A stretch of DNA of 47,778 bases, counting the filler, from Catajapyx aquilonaris (Eukaryota): assembly GCA_000934665.2 (NCBI GenBank). It is 2 parts of 2 records of this genome, joined end to end, with 100 filler letters (N's around TTAATTAATTAA, not from the genome) between each part and the next. Parts side by side here need not be neighbours in the genome. Positions count along the whole stretch, not along the records: positions 23,852 to 47,778 come from JYFJ02005631.1; 1 more part is not named here. One strand, given 5' to 3'. Below the pieces are notes generated by a model. The model did no database searches and was not told the origin of the DNA. It was given only the letters and a program-made list of their open reading frames with translations. The translations under genes were made by a program, and so were the position numbers. How positions within the stretch are numbered: position 1 is the first letter of the stretch; each line of letters opens with the position of its first letter. Below are positions 23,852 to 36,500 of this stretch, piece by piece.

Positions 23852-26800
23852 TGTGTGGTCCACGCGATTGTTTGGTTGAACGAAATTTTCTGCACACAAC
23901 TGAAACAACACAGTATTAATATGCTGATTCCATGGCCAAAATAACAACATGCAAAATATGCTCTGGGTTGGACGACATGCGACCAATGTGTCGTGCCATC
24001 TAATGTAATCGCGCATGGTACTTGCAGCAATGAGCCTTGTTGAGAAAAAGTGGGTAATAAACAGGATCCGGGCAGATGGCTGGGTTTTTCAGGCTGGTCG
24101 TGTCATTGCGACCGTTAATCATCGTAAGTGTTGGACGCTCCGAAAGACTTAGCACCCTTCCCCGAGATTGCTCGTCTTTCATACTCTGCGCAGTCCAGAT
24201 TATAAGCTGCCCTCCACCTCCTCCCAAAGATGCCAACTCGGAGACGAGAAGAAATTAGTTTGGCAATAATGCTCCATCGCTGTTCGCACAGACCTTCAGT
24301 GAAGCAAAACATTTGCTCCCGATGATCCAATACAGCAGCCCGTTGATGGATGGCCATGTCAGCGCCTCCTTCTTTTTTTCCCTTCTTCTTCCCCCTTTTC
24401 CTTCCCCACCATGACGCCAACCCCAAGCCACGCCATCTTGTTGACACAAACAAGCCCGGATATGTGCAATATTTCCGGCCATTTCCAACTCTAATTCCGC
24501 ACGCACCTCGCGTTGGGGGGGCTTTATAAATATTCAAAAGGGGGGCCTGCCTGCCGAAAAAGATGATTGATTTAGGCCATAATCGGGCGTCGAGTCCTCC
24601 CCATTTGTACGGATTAAAAAGTAAATTGAGACACAATCAGTGTGTGCTCGCAGTTNTTCCAGTTAGTGTATGTGTAGGAGGTAAAAAAATTTTGTTACTG
24701 TGACTTGCCACGTACAAATAATTGGTCGCATGCGAGTGGAGCAGTGTCCCGCCTTCAAAGGTGCGGGTATTCACGCACGACGAGGCTTGCAATGGCTCCA
24801 ACCACGGGCCCTAATTAGGCAGAGGCAGGCAGGTTGGAACCCCCCCTCCCCCTTTTATATATATTTTTTTTGCAAAACATCCAACCCAAACCCAAAAACC
24901 TCTCCCCCATTTCCCCAGCCATCGCACATTTTCATAACTGGTTGCTTTTCCCAAAAGAAACATGAATCGGCGGGGCGGGTTGCTTTTGAAGGCCCAGGTC
25001 ACGTCCTGGCTCAAGCGCAGGCCTCGAATAAAACGATGACATTAAAGTACACATTTCAATTCAATATCGCTCCAACTCCGACAGTCGTTTGCGGCCATTA
25101 TTAACACCTTAGAGAATAAATCTACAGAAAAAATATATGGAAAACCCAGCCATACCATTTTGAGGATTTGTATTTTAAAAAAATTATTTTGGTCATGTTA
25201 TGTACACAGCAGGGTGGCATGTTGGATAAACAAGGATGCGTATATTTTGCATTTGATCGCGTGTTGATTTGTCAGCTTTTGTTTAGGCAATATTTTGCAG
25301 TCCCGCTCCATGGAAAGTGCAAAAAAAAATAATTTAATGAGCCCCCTCACGCAACTTGCAGCTGTTCTCTCCTTTTATCTGTAACATAAGCATAATTTTT
25401 CTAGAAATGAAAAAAAATTGCTGGCACAATCAGCAGCAAATTATTTTTATTTCAACAGTAACAAAACGGCTTTTGTTGTCATGTGTTCGTATGTGTAACA
25501 AACTTGTTGTTTGCTTATACTTTATTTATTCTCAAATTGTTCATCGTTCTCTGCTCTCATTGAGTACTGTTTGATTTGTTATTTTTTTTAATTAGCCTCA
25601 ATATACTGTATATTAGTATGTGGATTGCATAACGAATAGTCAATATGAAAATGTAAAGTTCACGACGTTTTTAACCAAGGTTATGATTTAATCAATGAGC
25701 AGGTGTCCATCATGAAGTAAATGTCATCGCTTAATTTTGGCAACAAAAACAGCCAACGGAGTCAAATAGAAACATGGGAATGTTCATATTTAGTGCGAAA
25801 GCGCTGAATTTTAGATGTCATGGGGGGGAAAAAACTCGGATGCGAATAAATTATAACCCGAAAAAAGAGGGGGGGCAGCCTTATATGCTAATTATGCCGC
25901 ATTATATGCAGTGCCTTATGTGCCGTAAAATATTATCTTTTTACCCGGGCCCAGGTTGTTAAAAAGCATTAGACTTGGCCAATAAAAGTCTCCAGCATCC
26001 GGCGGTTAAGCAGGATGGATCAAATTAAAATGCGCTGAAATGATCACTCGCTTCTTTTTCTCTCATTTTTTTTTAAAATAGTCGAGTGCGATTATATTCA
26101 TGCATATCGCACACTGTACGCCTCAATAGCGAAATTGCAGCCCCCCCCCCCAAAAAAAAACCCCCTTCGCATTCCCATGAGCGACAGATATAATTTTTAA
26201 TCTGCAGAATTTTCGCGAAACATGTACAGTCATCATTTTTCGGCCGGGGAATGTAATCGACGCCGATGGAAAGAGCACACACGGCTATATTATGGACATT
26301 TCAAGTGACTACACTTCATTTGCATTTTTAATGTTTCCGTTTCAGCCTGGCCGATAATCCTTTACGATAGCGAAAATGCAAAAATATTCGCAATTATTTC
26401 GTACAGTTCATTCTCAGCTGAACCGGAAAAAATCTGCTCCTTTCATGAGCAGGTAGATTGGTATAATATTATTTATTTTACAATCAATATTAAACTTCTG
26501 AATATTTTTTAGCACAATCATTCCTATAATGAGATACACCCTGTACCTCTCTTCCATATAGCTTTGACGGTGAAATGGTGTGTAAAACCATCAGATCTGA
26601 CTGGCCCGCACAATAATTATTGCCGAAGCAGACACGTTGCAATGACAATATCAGAACCGAGGAGTACAACCGCAGATGTAATTATTTTAACTGCGACCAC
26701 ATTGCAGATCAGCATGCCCTGCAATTTTAATTACACCTGTCATAAAAGCTACGGACTCGCAAAAAAACGACTTATCATAAACAGGACGTAAAACCTCGGG

Positions 26801-28267
26801 TGCACTGTTCATACAACAACAACAACAATTTTTTCTACAAAAGTAATTAGCAAAATATATGCACATTCTGAGAAGTCAATTAGTCAAGTAGAATAATTAT
26901 TCGGGTGAAATCATGCAAAACCGGTTTACCGTGAAGGAAATCCTGGTAAATTCTCTGATTCTGATGCAATCCCCATTTTGGTGTGGGGAGAGACCAACTA
27001 GACCGTTTTGTAGCAATTTTGGCGCAGCACCAGCAATGGCATCAGTCTGTTCCATTGGCCACTTGGGTGGGGATGGAATCCGGTTTGAAACCACTTTGGC
27101 ACAATCTTTCCAGGGCCCCCATAGTACTATAGGAGTACTATTAGGGCTCGGTCGTTGTTTTCCATGGCATTTGCCTCTCTCCCAATTTAGTCAGATTAGC
27201 TCATACTTCCCTTCAGCACATATAGCCTCTCCCCCAATTTCCATTTCGGTCCAGGCCCACTTCACAACAGCTTTGATGGCAGATCCAGCTCCAGGGGGTT
27301 TTTTTTTGGGGGGGNGGGGGCATTGTCTATATAAAAAACAACTCCGGTTGTGCCTATACTATCCTTCTTCTTGTTAATGGGAAGATTCCGAAAACTCGCC
27401 AATACAGTCTTGGAAGTGCTTCAACACAACAGCTCTATTGGGAGACGAGTAAATCGAGCCACCAACCACCCCCTCTAAAAACCCTTGTGGGTTCTTGGCC
27501 ACAACCGCTAGTTGGCGGCTGTGAGATAAGAGGCCTTTCAGCAACTTCTGGAAGTTCGGTGGGGGCCTGAGGGGGGGGGGNCTGTTTCTCCCTTGCGAAA
27601 AAAAACGGGAAGTTGGCTGAGAGAGGGGGGGGGGGTGGTAATAAAATTGCGAAGAATTACTGCTCACAAGGCTGAGACATTATTACAGCAGCAAATGTTA
27701 CACTATTTACGCGCCTGTGCTTTATTACTAAAGCGGAGGGGGGGTTCCCCGGGTAATAAAGATGCATTCCTTTTTTGCCGCCTCATTAATCACCGGAGAG
27801 GGCGGGGAGGAGAATAAAATATTCTTTTAAGGCAAAGAATGGCAAACAAAGACATGGGCTAAGTAAATTTTGGCTCTAAATGAGGTTTGGAAAAGCAGTA
27901 GCACCCTTATATACCCTCTCTCTATTGCCCGCAACGACTTATCTCTACCACTCCAAGCGCCGATTTGGAGTCTTGAGGTCGGATCGATCTTCGAGCCTAT
28001 TGATTGGAAGGAGCCACTGGGCGTAAATATTAATTGAAACATAATTAAACTGGGGAGGGTTAGTGGTTCAATCATGGCTTTTATCGGCAGGTCCAGGAGG
28101 GATGATGAGTCATGATTGGTAGTCTAGACGTGCTTTGGATGGGGGATGCACCACCTCAAATTTGCTGAATATGCTCATTAAAGGGCGCAACTACACCGTG
28201 ATTGGAGCTCGGCCTGTGCCCTTAAGTAAGCATCAAACTGTCAAAAAAGTTTCATCCATCCTTGCAC

Positions 28268-28569
28268 TAGGTTAGGTTAGGTTAGACTAGGGTTAGGATA
28301 GGTTAGGTTAGATTAGGTTAGACTAGGGTTAGGATAGGTTAGGATAGGTTAGGTTAGATTAGGTTAGACTAGGGTTAGGATTGGTTAGGACTGGTTAGGA
28401 TTGATTAGGTTAGATTAGGTTAGACTAGGGTTAGGATTGGTTAGGATAGGTTAGGTTAGATTAGGTTAGACTAGGGTTAGGATTGGTTAGGATAGGTTAG
28501 GTTAGATTAGGTGAGGGTTAGGATAGGTTAGGGTTGGACTATATTAGTTAATGGTTAGGTTAGGTTAGG
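28268..28569 (+). repeat. Interstitial (TTAGG)n-derived array with higher-order structure
   Basis: Pentamer variants TTAGG/ATAGG/TTAGA/ATTGG. The marker ttagactaggg recurs at spacings of 36, 46, 56 and 46 bp. Confidence 0.85.
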
Positions 28570-29189
28570 CCACTCTCAATTCTCATTCACAGCAGCTCCT
28601 GTTTAATTATGTACAGGCTCGAAACATATGCTTATTAAGGACACGGCCCTAATTATGAGCTACGGTCTTTCTTTCGCAGCCTTCGCCTTCACCTTAGAGA
28701 AGCCAAACGCACATAACTGGTTTTTGATTACCATATGAATAGTTAAGAGCACCAGGCCCGAGCCAGACCCGCCGTTGCCCTGGAGCAACAATGCGTGCTC
28801 CCGCAATAATCTATGCAAAATGAGTCCTCATATGGGTATAAAAGGTAGGGGTGGGTGGGTAGAGTCAATACTATTTCTTATAAATTTTTAATCTAGTTTT
28901 CATGGAACGAAGGCGAGGAAGAGTCAACTCATTCATATTCTGGATTCTAAGTTGCATGCGAAACTTCTGCCCGGAATTTTAATCAGAAGGAGGGAGGGGT
29001 GCAAATGTTCCAGGATGAGCCCGGAGCCTCCTCCCTACCCACCCACCCCCTTCAACCACCTTCGTATACTCTAGTATGCCTTCCAGACTCTATTATCAGG
29101 TCTATTACTCCCAACTACAGCAGGATGTGTCAGGACTATAATTAATACCGTTGAAGCACGGGAAGAATCCAAAGATATATGCACATATG

Positions 29190-29603
29190 CACACTGCAGG
29201 GCATAAGCCAGATCTGTGCCCTGGAGGGTGCATAATATGCTCACTTCAGGGCACAAGCGATGTGTGATTGGTCATGTTTATGCCCTGGGGTGTGGATCAC
29301 ATGCTCACTTCAGGGCACAAGCAATGTGTGATTGGTCAGATTTATGCCCTGTAGTGTGCATCTTATGCTCATTTCAGGGCATAAGCATGCTGTGATTGGC
29401 TATGTGCCCTGGAGTGTGCATATTATGCTCATTTCAGGGCATAAACATGCTGTGATTGGCTGTGCCCTGGAGTGTGGATGACACGCTCACTTCAGGGCAC
29501 AATTAGTGTGTGATTGGCCGATTTACACCCTGGAGTGTGCCTCATATGCGCACTTCAGGGCGCAAGCATGTCGTGATTGGCCAGATCTGTGCCCTGGAGT
29601 GGG
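29190..29603. repeat. Tandem array of ~58-64-bp hairpin units
   Basis: Six full units of tgccctggagtgtgcat-nnn-atgctcacttcagggca...gtgattgg, starting near 29217, 29281, 29345, 29405, 29463 and 29526, plus partial units at both ends. Confidence 0.9.
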
Positions 29604-32600
29604 CCCATGAAATCCATCGGATTTTCGGTAATATATTTCTTACAACTATCGATTGCGCTGCAGCACTGCCTGCTTTAGCCCCCACTAATGCATTGAGTTA
29701 CGGCGTGTCTCCGACGTTACACGGACTTACAGATGGGGCATTACCGGCACTTGACAAGTGCTTTAACTCCTCGTTACCTCCAATCGTTACATATCATTGG
29801 ACACCCCCCGTTTGCCAAGTCCCCCGATAAAAATCCAGGGGATGGAGGTGTAGTAAAATTGTTTAGAGGGATAATAAACCAGGCGGTGGTCACAAAACTA
29901 GACCAACCGGAATCTTCCTTACTGCAGACTCGACCCTTAATTGGTCCCTTTTTCAAGCGCAATTGGCAGTCTTTTATGAGGCCTGCACGTCTTGCCATTC
30001 AACTCGCCATTTATCACACCCTGACGTCACTTCCCGTCCAATCAATTGAGACCTGCTGGCGTGATTATTACTGTTATTGTTACGACTATTATGTAGTTCA
30101 TCACTGGGGGGCGATCAGTGCACGTGCAGCTGGCGTGGGAAAATTATAGGCTGTTAACACGAGCATGGCGTCTATTAGTTATTTATGGCAACTAAATCAG
30201 CGCCCCATATTATACAGGGTGTGTCGCAAAAATCGCTGCAAACTGTACATATTTTATCAGTTACAATGAGGCTGTCCTTCAGCAAAACCGCCAAGGAACA
30301 CGACCTTTCGGTGACATCCTATAGATTCGCACCATCTTTTTAAACCCGATGTCACATAAAGGCTATTACGCTGTGCCATAGCGCAGTAGGGGGTTCTGCC
30401 ACATTTTTTTTTAGGACGCGAAACGACCTAGCTGTTACCGCATTCGGTTCTTTACAAAACTGGAAGGGGCGATGAGAATCAGCAGGGCCGCCAATCTCAC
30501 AACAATACCCCCAAGTACTTTCCAACTAGTTCGGATTCAATAGAGCCGCAGTCGTAATTAGAACCCAACCATTGCCGTTGCCTGCACCTGTGGAAAATCC
30601 AAATGACTATACATTGGAGTCAACACCACCAGAAAATATATAGTATAACAACATGATTGTGCTTCTTTATAGTAGTACTATAGGAAGATGACTTTTTCTT
30701 CTCCCCCAAAAAATGGCCCTCCTTACCCCTCACTTTTTCTGGCGTGGATCCGATGGTGTTGGAATCGATTGGCGCAATTTGTACTTCATCCCGGCGCATC
30801 AAAGCTGACTGTGTTGCCACATGGGGACCGGCTAATTGGGCCTTTGATGTCGGAAGGGGGGGGGGGGGGNTTTGCGCTCGACCGAGGAAAAGGCAGAGAG
30901 AGTCTACCTTTTTTCAATAGCGCCTAAGGTTGGGTTGTATTAACAGGCTGCGTATAGTCAGGCCAGAGAAACCATTTCGCTTTTTCCCAGTTGCTGCGAA
31001 TCGATTGGAGGGGAGGGGGGGAGAAGAGTCGGACTTTTTCTTCTTCTTTTTTGGGGGGGAGATGATGGTTGTGTGGAGGAAGAGGAGGGGGGAGACAACG
31101 TTGGGAGGCAATTTGGTAGTGGGTGGTAGGAAAGGAAAGGATTCTGGGTGGGCCACAGCTGGGGCCACGGCCAAGGAGGATGAAGAAACGCATAAAAGAG
31201 ATCGGGTGAAGGGGAATTGCACGTTCTTGATTCTTCGCAGGAACTGTCCCCAACACCTGGCACCCCCTGCAGTGGTGTCCTCAAAATCCTGCTCGGAATT
31301 TCCGTTAAGCGGATCCGGAGAGAGGGAGAAATGTGTATATTTTTAAAAGGAAAACATATGCATGCGTCAAAACACAACTTTTCCGACATGGACATGGAAA
31401 GTGCAGACTATAATTACACTGCAGCTTGTACAGTACGTATGACGCAAAGAAACTATTTCGGACAATCACTATATGCGAAGAACGGGCTGTTTTCATCGTA
31501 AACACCAGTCATTGTTTACATGGACAAAAAAAACAGCGAACCCGTTGCCAAAATTTGGCAAACCTGTGACAATCAAAAAATATTTTAATTAGATGGACTG
31601 ACGATTTACATCGTAATACTATTCTTAATTCATAGATGGCGTATACTACCCTCCTGCACACTCCTGCCACCCACAAGTCTGCGAGGGATAGCGATACTAT
31701 CAGGTCGGACAAACATCCGACGGTAAGCCTTTTAAGGAGAAAGATGGAAGATGTGTTTTATCCTACCTTTCTTCTCCTATATACAGATTACAGATTTGTC
31801 CGAAACATTTGCTTCGACTTAAAAACTGTAGTCAAAGTTACTATGACTAGTACTAGTCAATTGCTATGTGTCGAGCCGGAAATTATTGCGCATGATACGT
31901 ATGGCTGTTTTGGCGCGACTTGTTTCATCAAAGTGATTCTGTGGCATCCCAGTAAAACTGAGGGGGTTAGTTATATTGCCGTTTTCATAGCCCGCATTAT
32001 GCCAATTACATTTTCGCGAAAGGTATGAAGGCGGCAGCATACAGAGGGTGTCTCCCCGGTGGGGGTGCAACCGCTCCCCCCCCCCCTCATCAGTTGTATG
32101 TACCCGCAGTTAATTTTCCGTCCATGCCATATTCATATCCAGCCTCCGCTTTGCATAAATTTACAAAACCAACCCGCAGAAATTTTCATACATCAACCGG
32201 AGTCATATCGCCATAAATCGCTATTTACAACAGCAATAGCTGTTTACGCAAGTAGCTGCTACTTAAAATCGCTGCTATTCGCTAAACTGCTAGTGGTCAC
32301 AAATCAGCGTATTTCCTGTCCTTGGTTCGTGGCAATCGATGACATCGTCACCTGCCGTCGTCGATATCCTTTTTTTCCCGTCTCTGTCCCGAGTTCCCCC
32401 CAAATCGCATGAGCCTTAACCGTCCCATTCGTCGCCAAGTTAACACCACCTCGCCATCCTTTTAATCCGATTGGGTCACGTGACCCCCGTCCTGGATAAG
32501 AGGGGCGCCATAACCCGGAAGGTTTTTATGACGGCGACGCGCGGCCCTCTCTCTTTACCGGGGGGAGATCCCAAGTGCTGGTAATCCTCAACGAAAAAGG

Positions 32601-32984
32601 GATTTCCCCTACACCTCCACCCCCACCCACAGTAAGAGCCTGCGGATTGAGGGCAGCGTCGGGAACGCTCCCGTTCAGAGAGAAGGAATTTCCATCAGGA
32701 ATGAATCAGTGTGGGGAAGAAGAAAAAAAAAAATCCTCCTCCCTCCCTCTCCACCTCCTCCCCACCATCCTTCCACCTTCTTAAAGGCTGTCTTGGAATC
32801 AAGCGTTTCAATAAAGCTTTTGGAAAGGCATGTTCCAATCCGGGTCTGCTCGGTTAAGATCCGTCCCGGAGGAAGCCTCTTATGCTCACAGCCACGAATC
32901 GCCGAATGACTCTCAGGCTTTGTGGCCGTAGTTGCCTCCAATCCCTCAGGAAAGCCAACGGGAACATCATGACAAACACATGGT

Positions 32985-33563
32985 ATCCAACAGGGACATG
33001 CCCAGGGTAGCCAACAGGGATATCCTGACGAGCACAGGGTAGCCAATCGCAACAGTCACAGTGTAGCCAACATGGACATTCCTGGATATCCCTATTGGCT
33101 AACTTGGGCATGTCGCGATTGGCTACCTTGTGCTCATCAGGATATCCATGTTGGCTACCCTGTGACTGTCACGAGGATAATATCCTGACGAGCACAAGGT
33201 AGCCAATCGTGACAGGCCCAGGGTAGCCAACAGGGATATCCTGACGAGCACAGGATAGCCAATCGCGACATGCCAAGGTTAGCCAACAAGGATATCCTGA
33301 CGACCACAAGGTAGCCAATCGTGACAGGCCCAGGGTAGCCAACAGGGATATCCTGACGAGCACAGGATAGCCAATCGTGACATGCCCAGGGTAGCCAACA
33401 GGGATATCCTGACGAGCATAGGATAGCCAATCGTGACAGGCCCAGGTTAGCCAACAAGGATATCCTGACGACCACAAGGTAGCCAATCGTGACGGTCACA
33501 GGGTAGCCAACGGGAATGTCCTACAGGGTAGCCAACGAATGCCTGATCTGAAGTGTAGCCAAC
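32985..33563. repeat. 56-bp minisatellite with an internal inverted segment
   Basis: Unit tatcctgacgagcacaaggtagccaatcgtgacaggcccagggtagccaacaggga at 33181, 33237, 33293, 33349, 33405 and 33461 (last partial). One copy at 33021 and a reverse-complement copy at ~33084-33174. Confidence 0.92.
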
Positions 33564-36500
33564 CGATCTGCTTGTTAGGGTTGTATGAGGAGTGAGTAAA
33601 GAACATGGAGGTCTTTGGAAGGGCGCAAAGCTCTGCGGCTTTGCACCTCCCCTCAAAGCGCCCTTTTCCCTAGCAACATCAAAAGTACCTGAGATCGCGC
33701 CATAAATGAATTTCCAGCCCTTAGGGTTTGGTGCGGAGGGGAGGGTATATAAGAGGGCTGAAGCCCCCTCTCTACCTGCCTCCATCCTCCCCCTCCACAC
33801 CCCCACCTACTTTGTTCCGGGGGAAATACCCGCGAAAAAAAGGACTCCAATAGTTAATGGAGCCCATTTCCCTGAAGAAGGCCTTGCGCCGGGGTCCATT
33901 AGACGGAAAGAACTGGCGGGTCGGATGGGGTCATTTGGGCCTGCCACCGCCAGAAGATATGGCTTCAACAAATGCACCAGCTTGCTGCATTAGTCGGAAC
34001 GACGATAAATTAGCTTCACTTCCCCCTCCCCTATACCTCCACCCTCCAAGCGAAACTACCTGCAATGAGCTTCATCTTTGTCTCCGGCCGAGATCAAGTA
34101 AGCCCAGGCTTCCCCCCTCCGCCATGTTGGACTGTTCATTCAACGATAACAGCGCTTTGCAAAAGGGTATCATTCATCTGTGCCACCGCTGATGCGATTC
34201 AATTAATATCGGCGGGAGGCTGGGGGAGAGGTTTGGCGCCCAGTGATTGGATCAATGCGGTGCATGTACAGCCTATCTGAAGAATTATTTCCAGCACTGG
34301 ATGCAAAAGGATGAGCCGTTGCACACTGGTTGATACGTTGGTGTCATTGATAGGCTAAACAGGCCCTCTACTATAGTGATATGGCAGGCCAATGTATGTC
34401 TCGATAAGACAATAATTCGCAACTTCAGCTCGTCAGTTGTCCGGTCAGTCTCTTGACGGCCCCCGTCATTTGACTCTCTTTGAACAGTGACGTCCAGTCA
34501 AGATCTGACGGCACTAACGGCGGTCCTGACGACCCGTCAAAACAATATTGGAGAAAGGGATCGTACGCACGAGTCCATGAAGGAACATGCTGTGGTTGGC
34601 CATGTTATTTTATTTTTGAAACCTCGGCTGGGGGAATGTCATTTCCAGATGCAGGGTATGGGGGCAGAGTTAGTTCCTGTGAACATAATTAGGGCAACAG
34701 GCAGAGAGGGGGAAAGGCTTTATAGTGACATCGCAGGGGGGAGATATTGAGTTGGATGATGGATGCGGCTGGTGGTAGGTTCCAATTAATTGATGCAACG
34801 CGATCGGAGAGGAATTTAAACGCGTCGCTCTGCGCCACTGTGCGGCAACGTATGCTAAAGAAAATATGTTATAGGAACGTGTAAACGGCAGGGTGCATAT
34901 GGCAGTCAGTCAGTCAGTCAGGCAATCCGTTTGTTGATCGAGGGCTGGCAATCCGGGAGCGGTGATCTTAATCCGAGCGGCGCAAGTCCCCCAGGAAACT
35001 TGATCCCCGGCAGTTTACACTGCGCGTCGCCTCGACAAATCCACTCCGCACACCAACTACCTCATCCAGCCTCCATTCAGGTAAATCGGGTTATCTGGCA
35101 CATCCTGTCACCAAGCCCTCGGATTATGTTTATCCCGACGACATTGTTGCAAGCCAATTTGTCTTAAACCATCTATAGTAATCACAGGGTGCTGCAGAGA
35201 ATAATTGTTTACTGCACCGCCTGTGCTGCAATGTGTGTGTGTGAGCCCCTTTTTTAAATACAGGAGAAAAATGGCCGGCTAAAGGGCATTGATGGAAAGT
35301 TATTGACGCAGTTCTACTCATGAAAGGTAGTAAAGTGGGCTTTAAACCTTCGACCACAAAAGAGTGATGGGCATTCAGTCACTCTGATAACCTGAAGCCT
35401 GCTACCTATAACCTCCATCAGACTATACATAAGTGCTTTCTACACGGCATTGACTCATTTACCGGCCGCCTTTGGCGCTCAAGGGGCTAATTGATATCCA
35501 ACCAATTAACTGCCCTAATTCAAGCCATGCCCCCGTCAATCCGGTTGTCTCTTCAAAAACGCCGACGCCTGCTTCTAACCTCAGTTTAAAACACAGGTGG
35601 ACTGGAAATACATTTTCCTATATAAAAATGGCACTAGACGAAGACAAGCCTTCCACGCTGATAAATAAATACAGATGCTTTTTCGGCCGAATATATTTTA
35701 TCCGGGTCGCAACACACAAAATGGATTGGGTTTAGGTTTTGAACAGGTCCGGATTTCAAACATCGGCGGCCAGTTCAAAGGCAATGTGTCTGCTGCACTC
35801 GGATGTTGGGGGTTGTTTTTTTTTCAAGAGAAGCTAGACCCGCATAATATCTGACAGTCCCGGATTTGTTTGCTAATGGCCCCCGCAAGTATTTCGTTCG
35901 CCTTTTCGCTCCAGGTTGAGTTGACAATTTTCCATGAACATATCGGTGTGATTTTTTCCCCCCCTCACAATATTGCATAACGGTTGGCTGATGGTGGGGT
36001 CAGCTTTAATTGGATGGAACTTGCTGCCTTGTGAGCAGCGAAGAACTCCGGACACCAGAGGTAGAGAGTGGTGCTGGGCAGTGTTTTTCCACTATCAATT
36101 GCTGTGCTTGACTGGGATTAACTCTCCTCTATCATGGTTTTTCCGAGCGTTCAGCCGTGCAATCCTGTTTACAATGGCCGCCACGTGCTTCCCTGTGCTG
36201 CTGCTGGACCGTCCCGCTGCTGCTGGCTTGCTCTGTGCCCAAATAATTGTATACATTGTTGCTGCTCAGCATTCGGGTCCAGGACACACCCGTTCGATAA
36301 AGTGTGCTTTTCCCCACCGGGGAACAGGGGGGNGGGGGGGGGGAAAGCGAATTTTTTTCGTTGAACTAAACATGCAGCATCCAGCTCCAGCAGCAAGGGG
36401 AAGAAAACCCTCCCTTTTTGCCCGTATAATCCCGGATAAGGATTTGTGCCGATAGGGCCAGAGCGATCTCAGACTCCGCTGACTCCCGATACCACAGCCT

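Noticed and set aside
28268..28569. True chromosome end
   Set aside because: Short, degenerate and flanked by ordinary sequence on both sides.
30778..30816. Similarity to miR-2 (minus strand, caacacagtcagctttgatgcgc) and miR-305 (ttgtacttcatc)
   Set aside because: The miR-2 seed is mismatched, only about 8 bp of stem can form, and the miR-305 match stops after 12 nt. TCF sites or chance explain it better.
32675..33499. Repetitive-protein ORFs
   Set aside because: Translations of the 56-bp minisatellite; the unit is not a multiple of three.
33181..33500. Hammerhead ribozyme in the 56-bp unit (CTGACGA fits CUGANGA)
   Set aside because: No stem II followed by GAAA and no cleavage-site helix can be built.
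29190..33563. CRISPR-like interpretation of the two ~60-bp arrays
   Set aside because: The units are homologous along their whole length with no unique spacers, there are no cas genes, and the context is eukaryotic.
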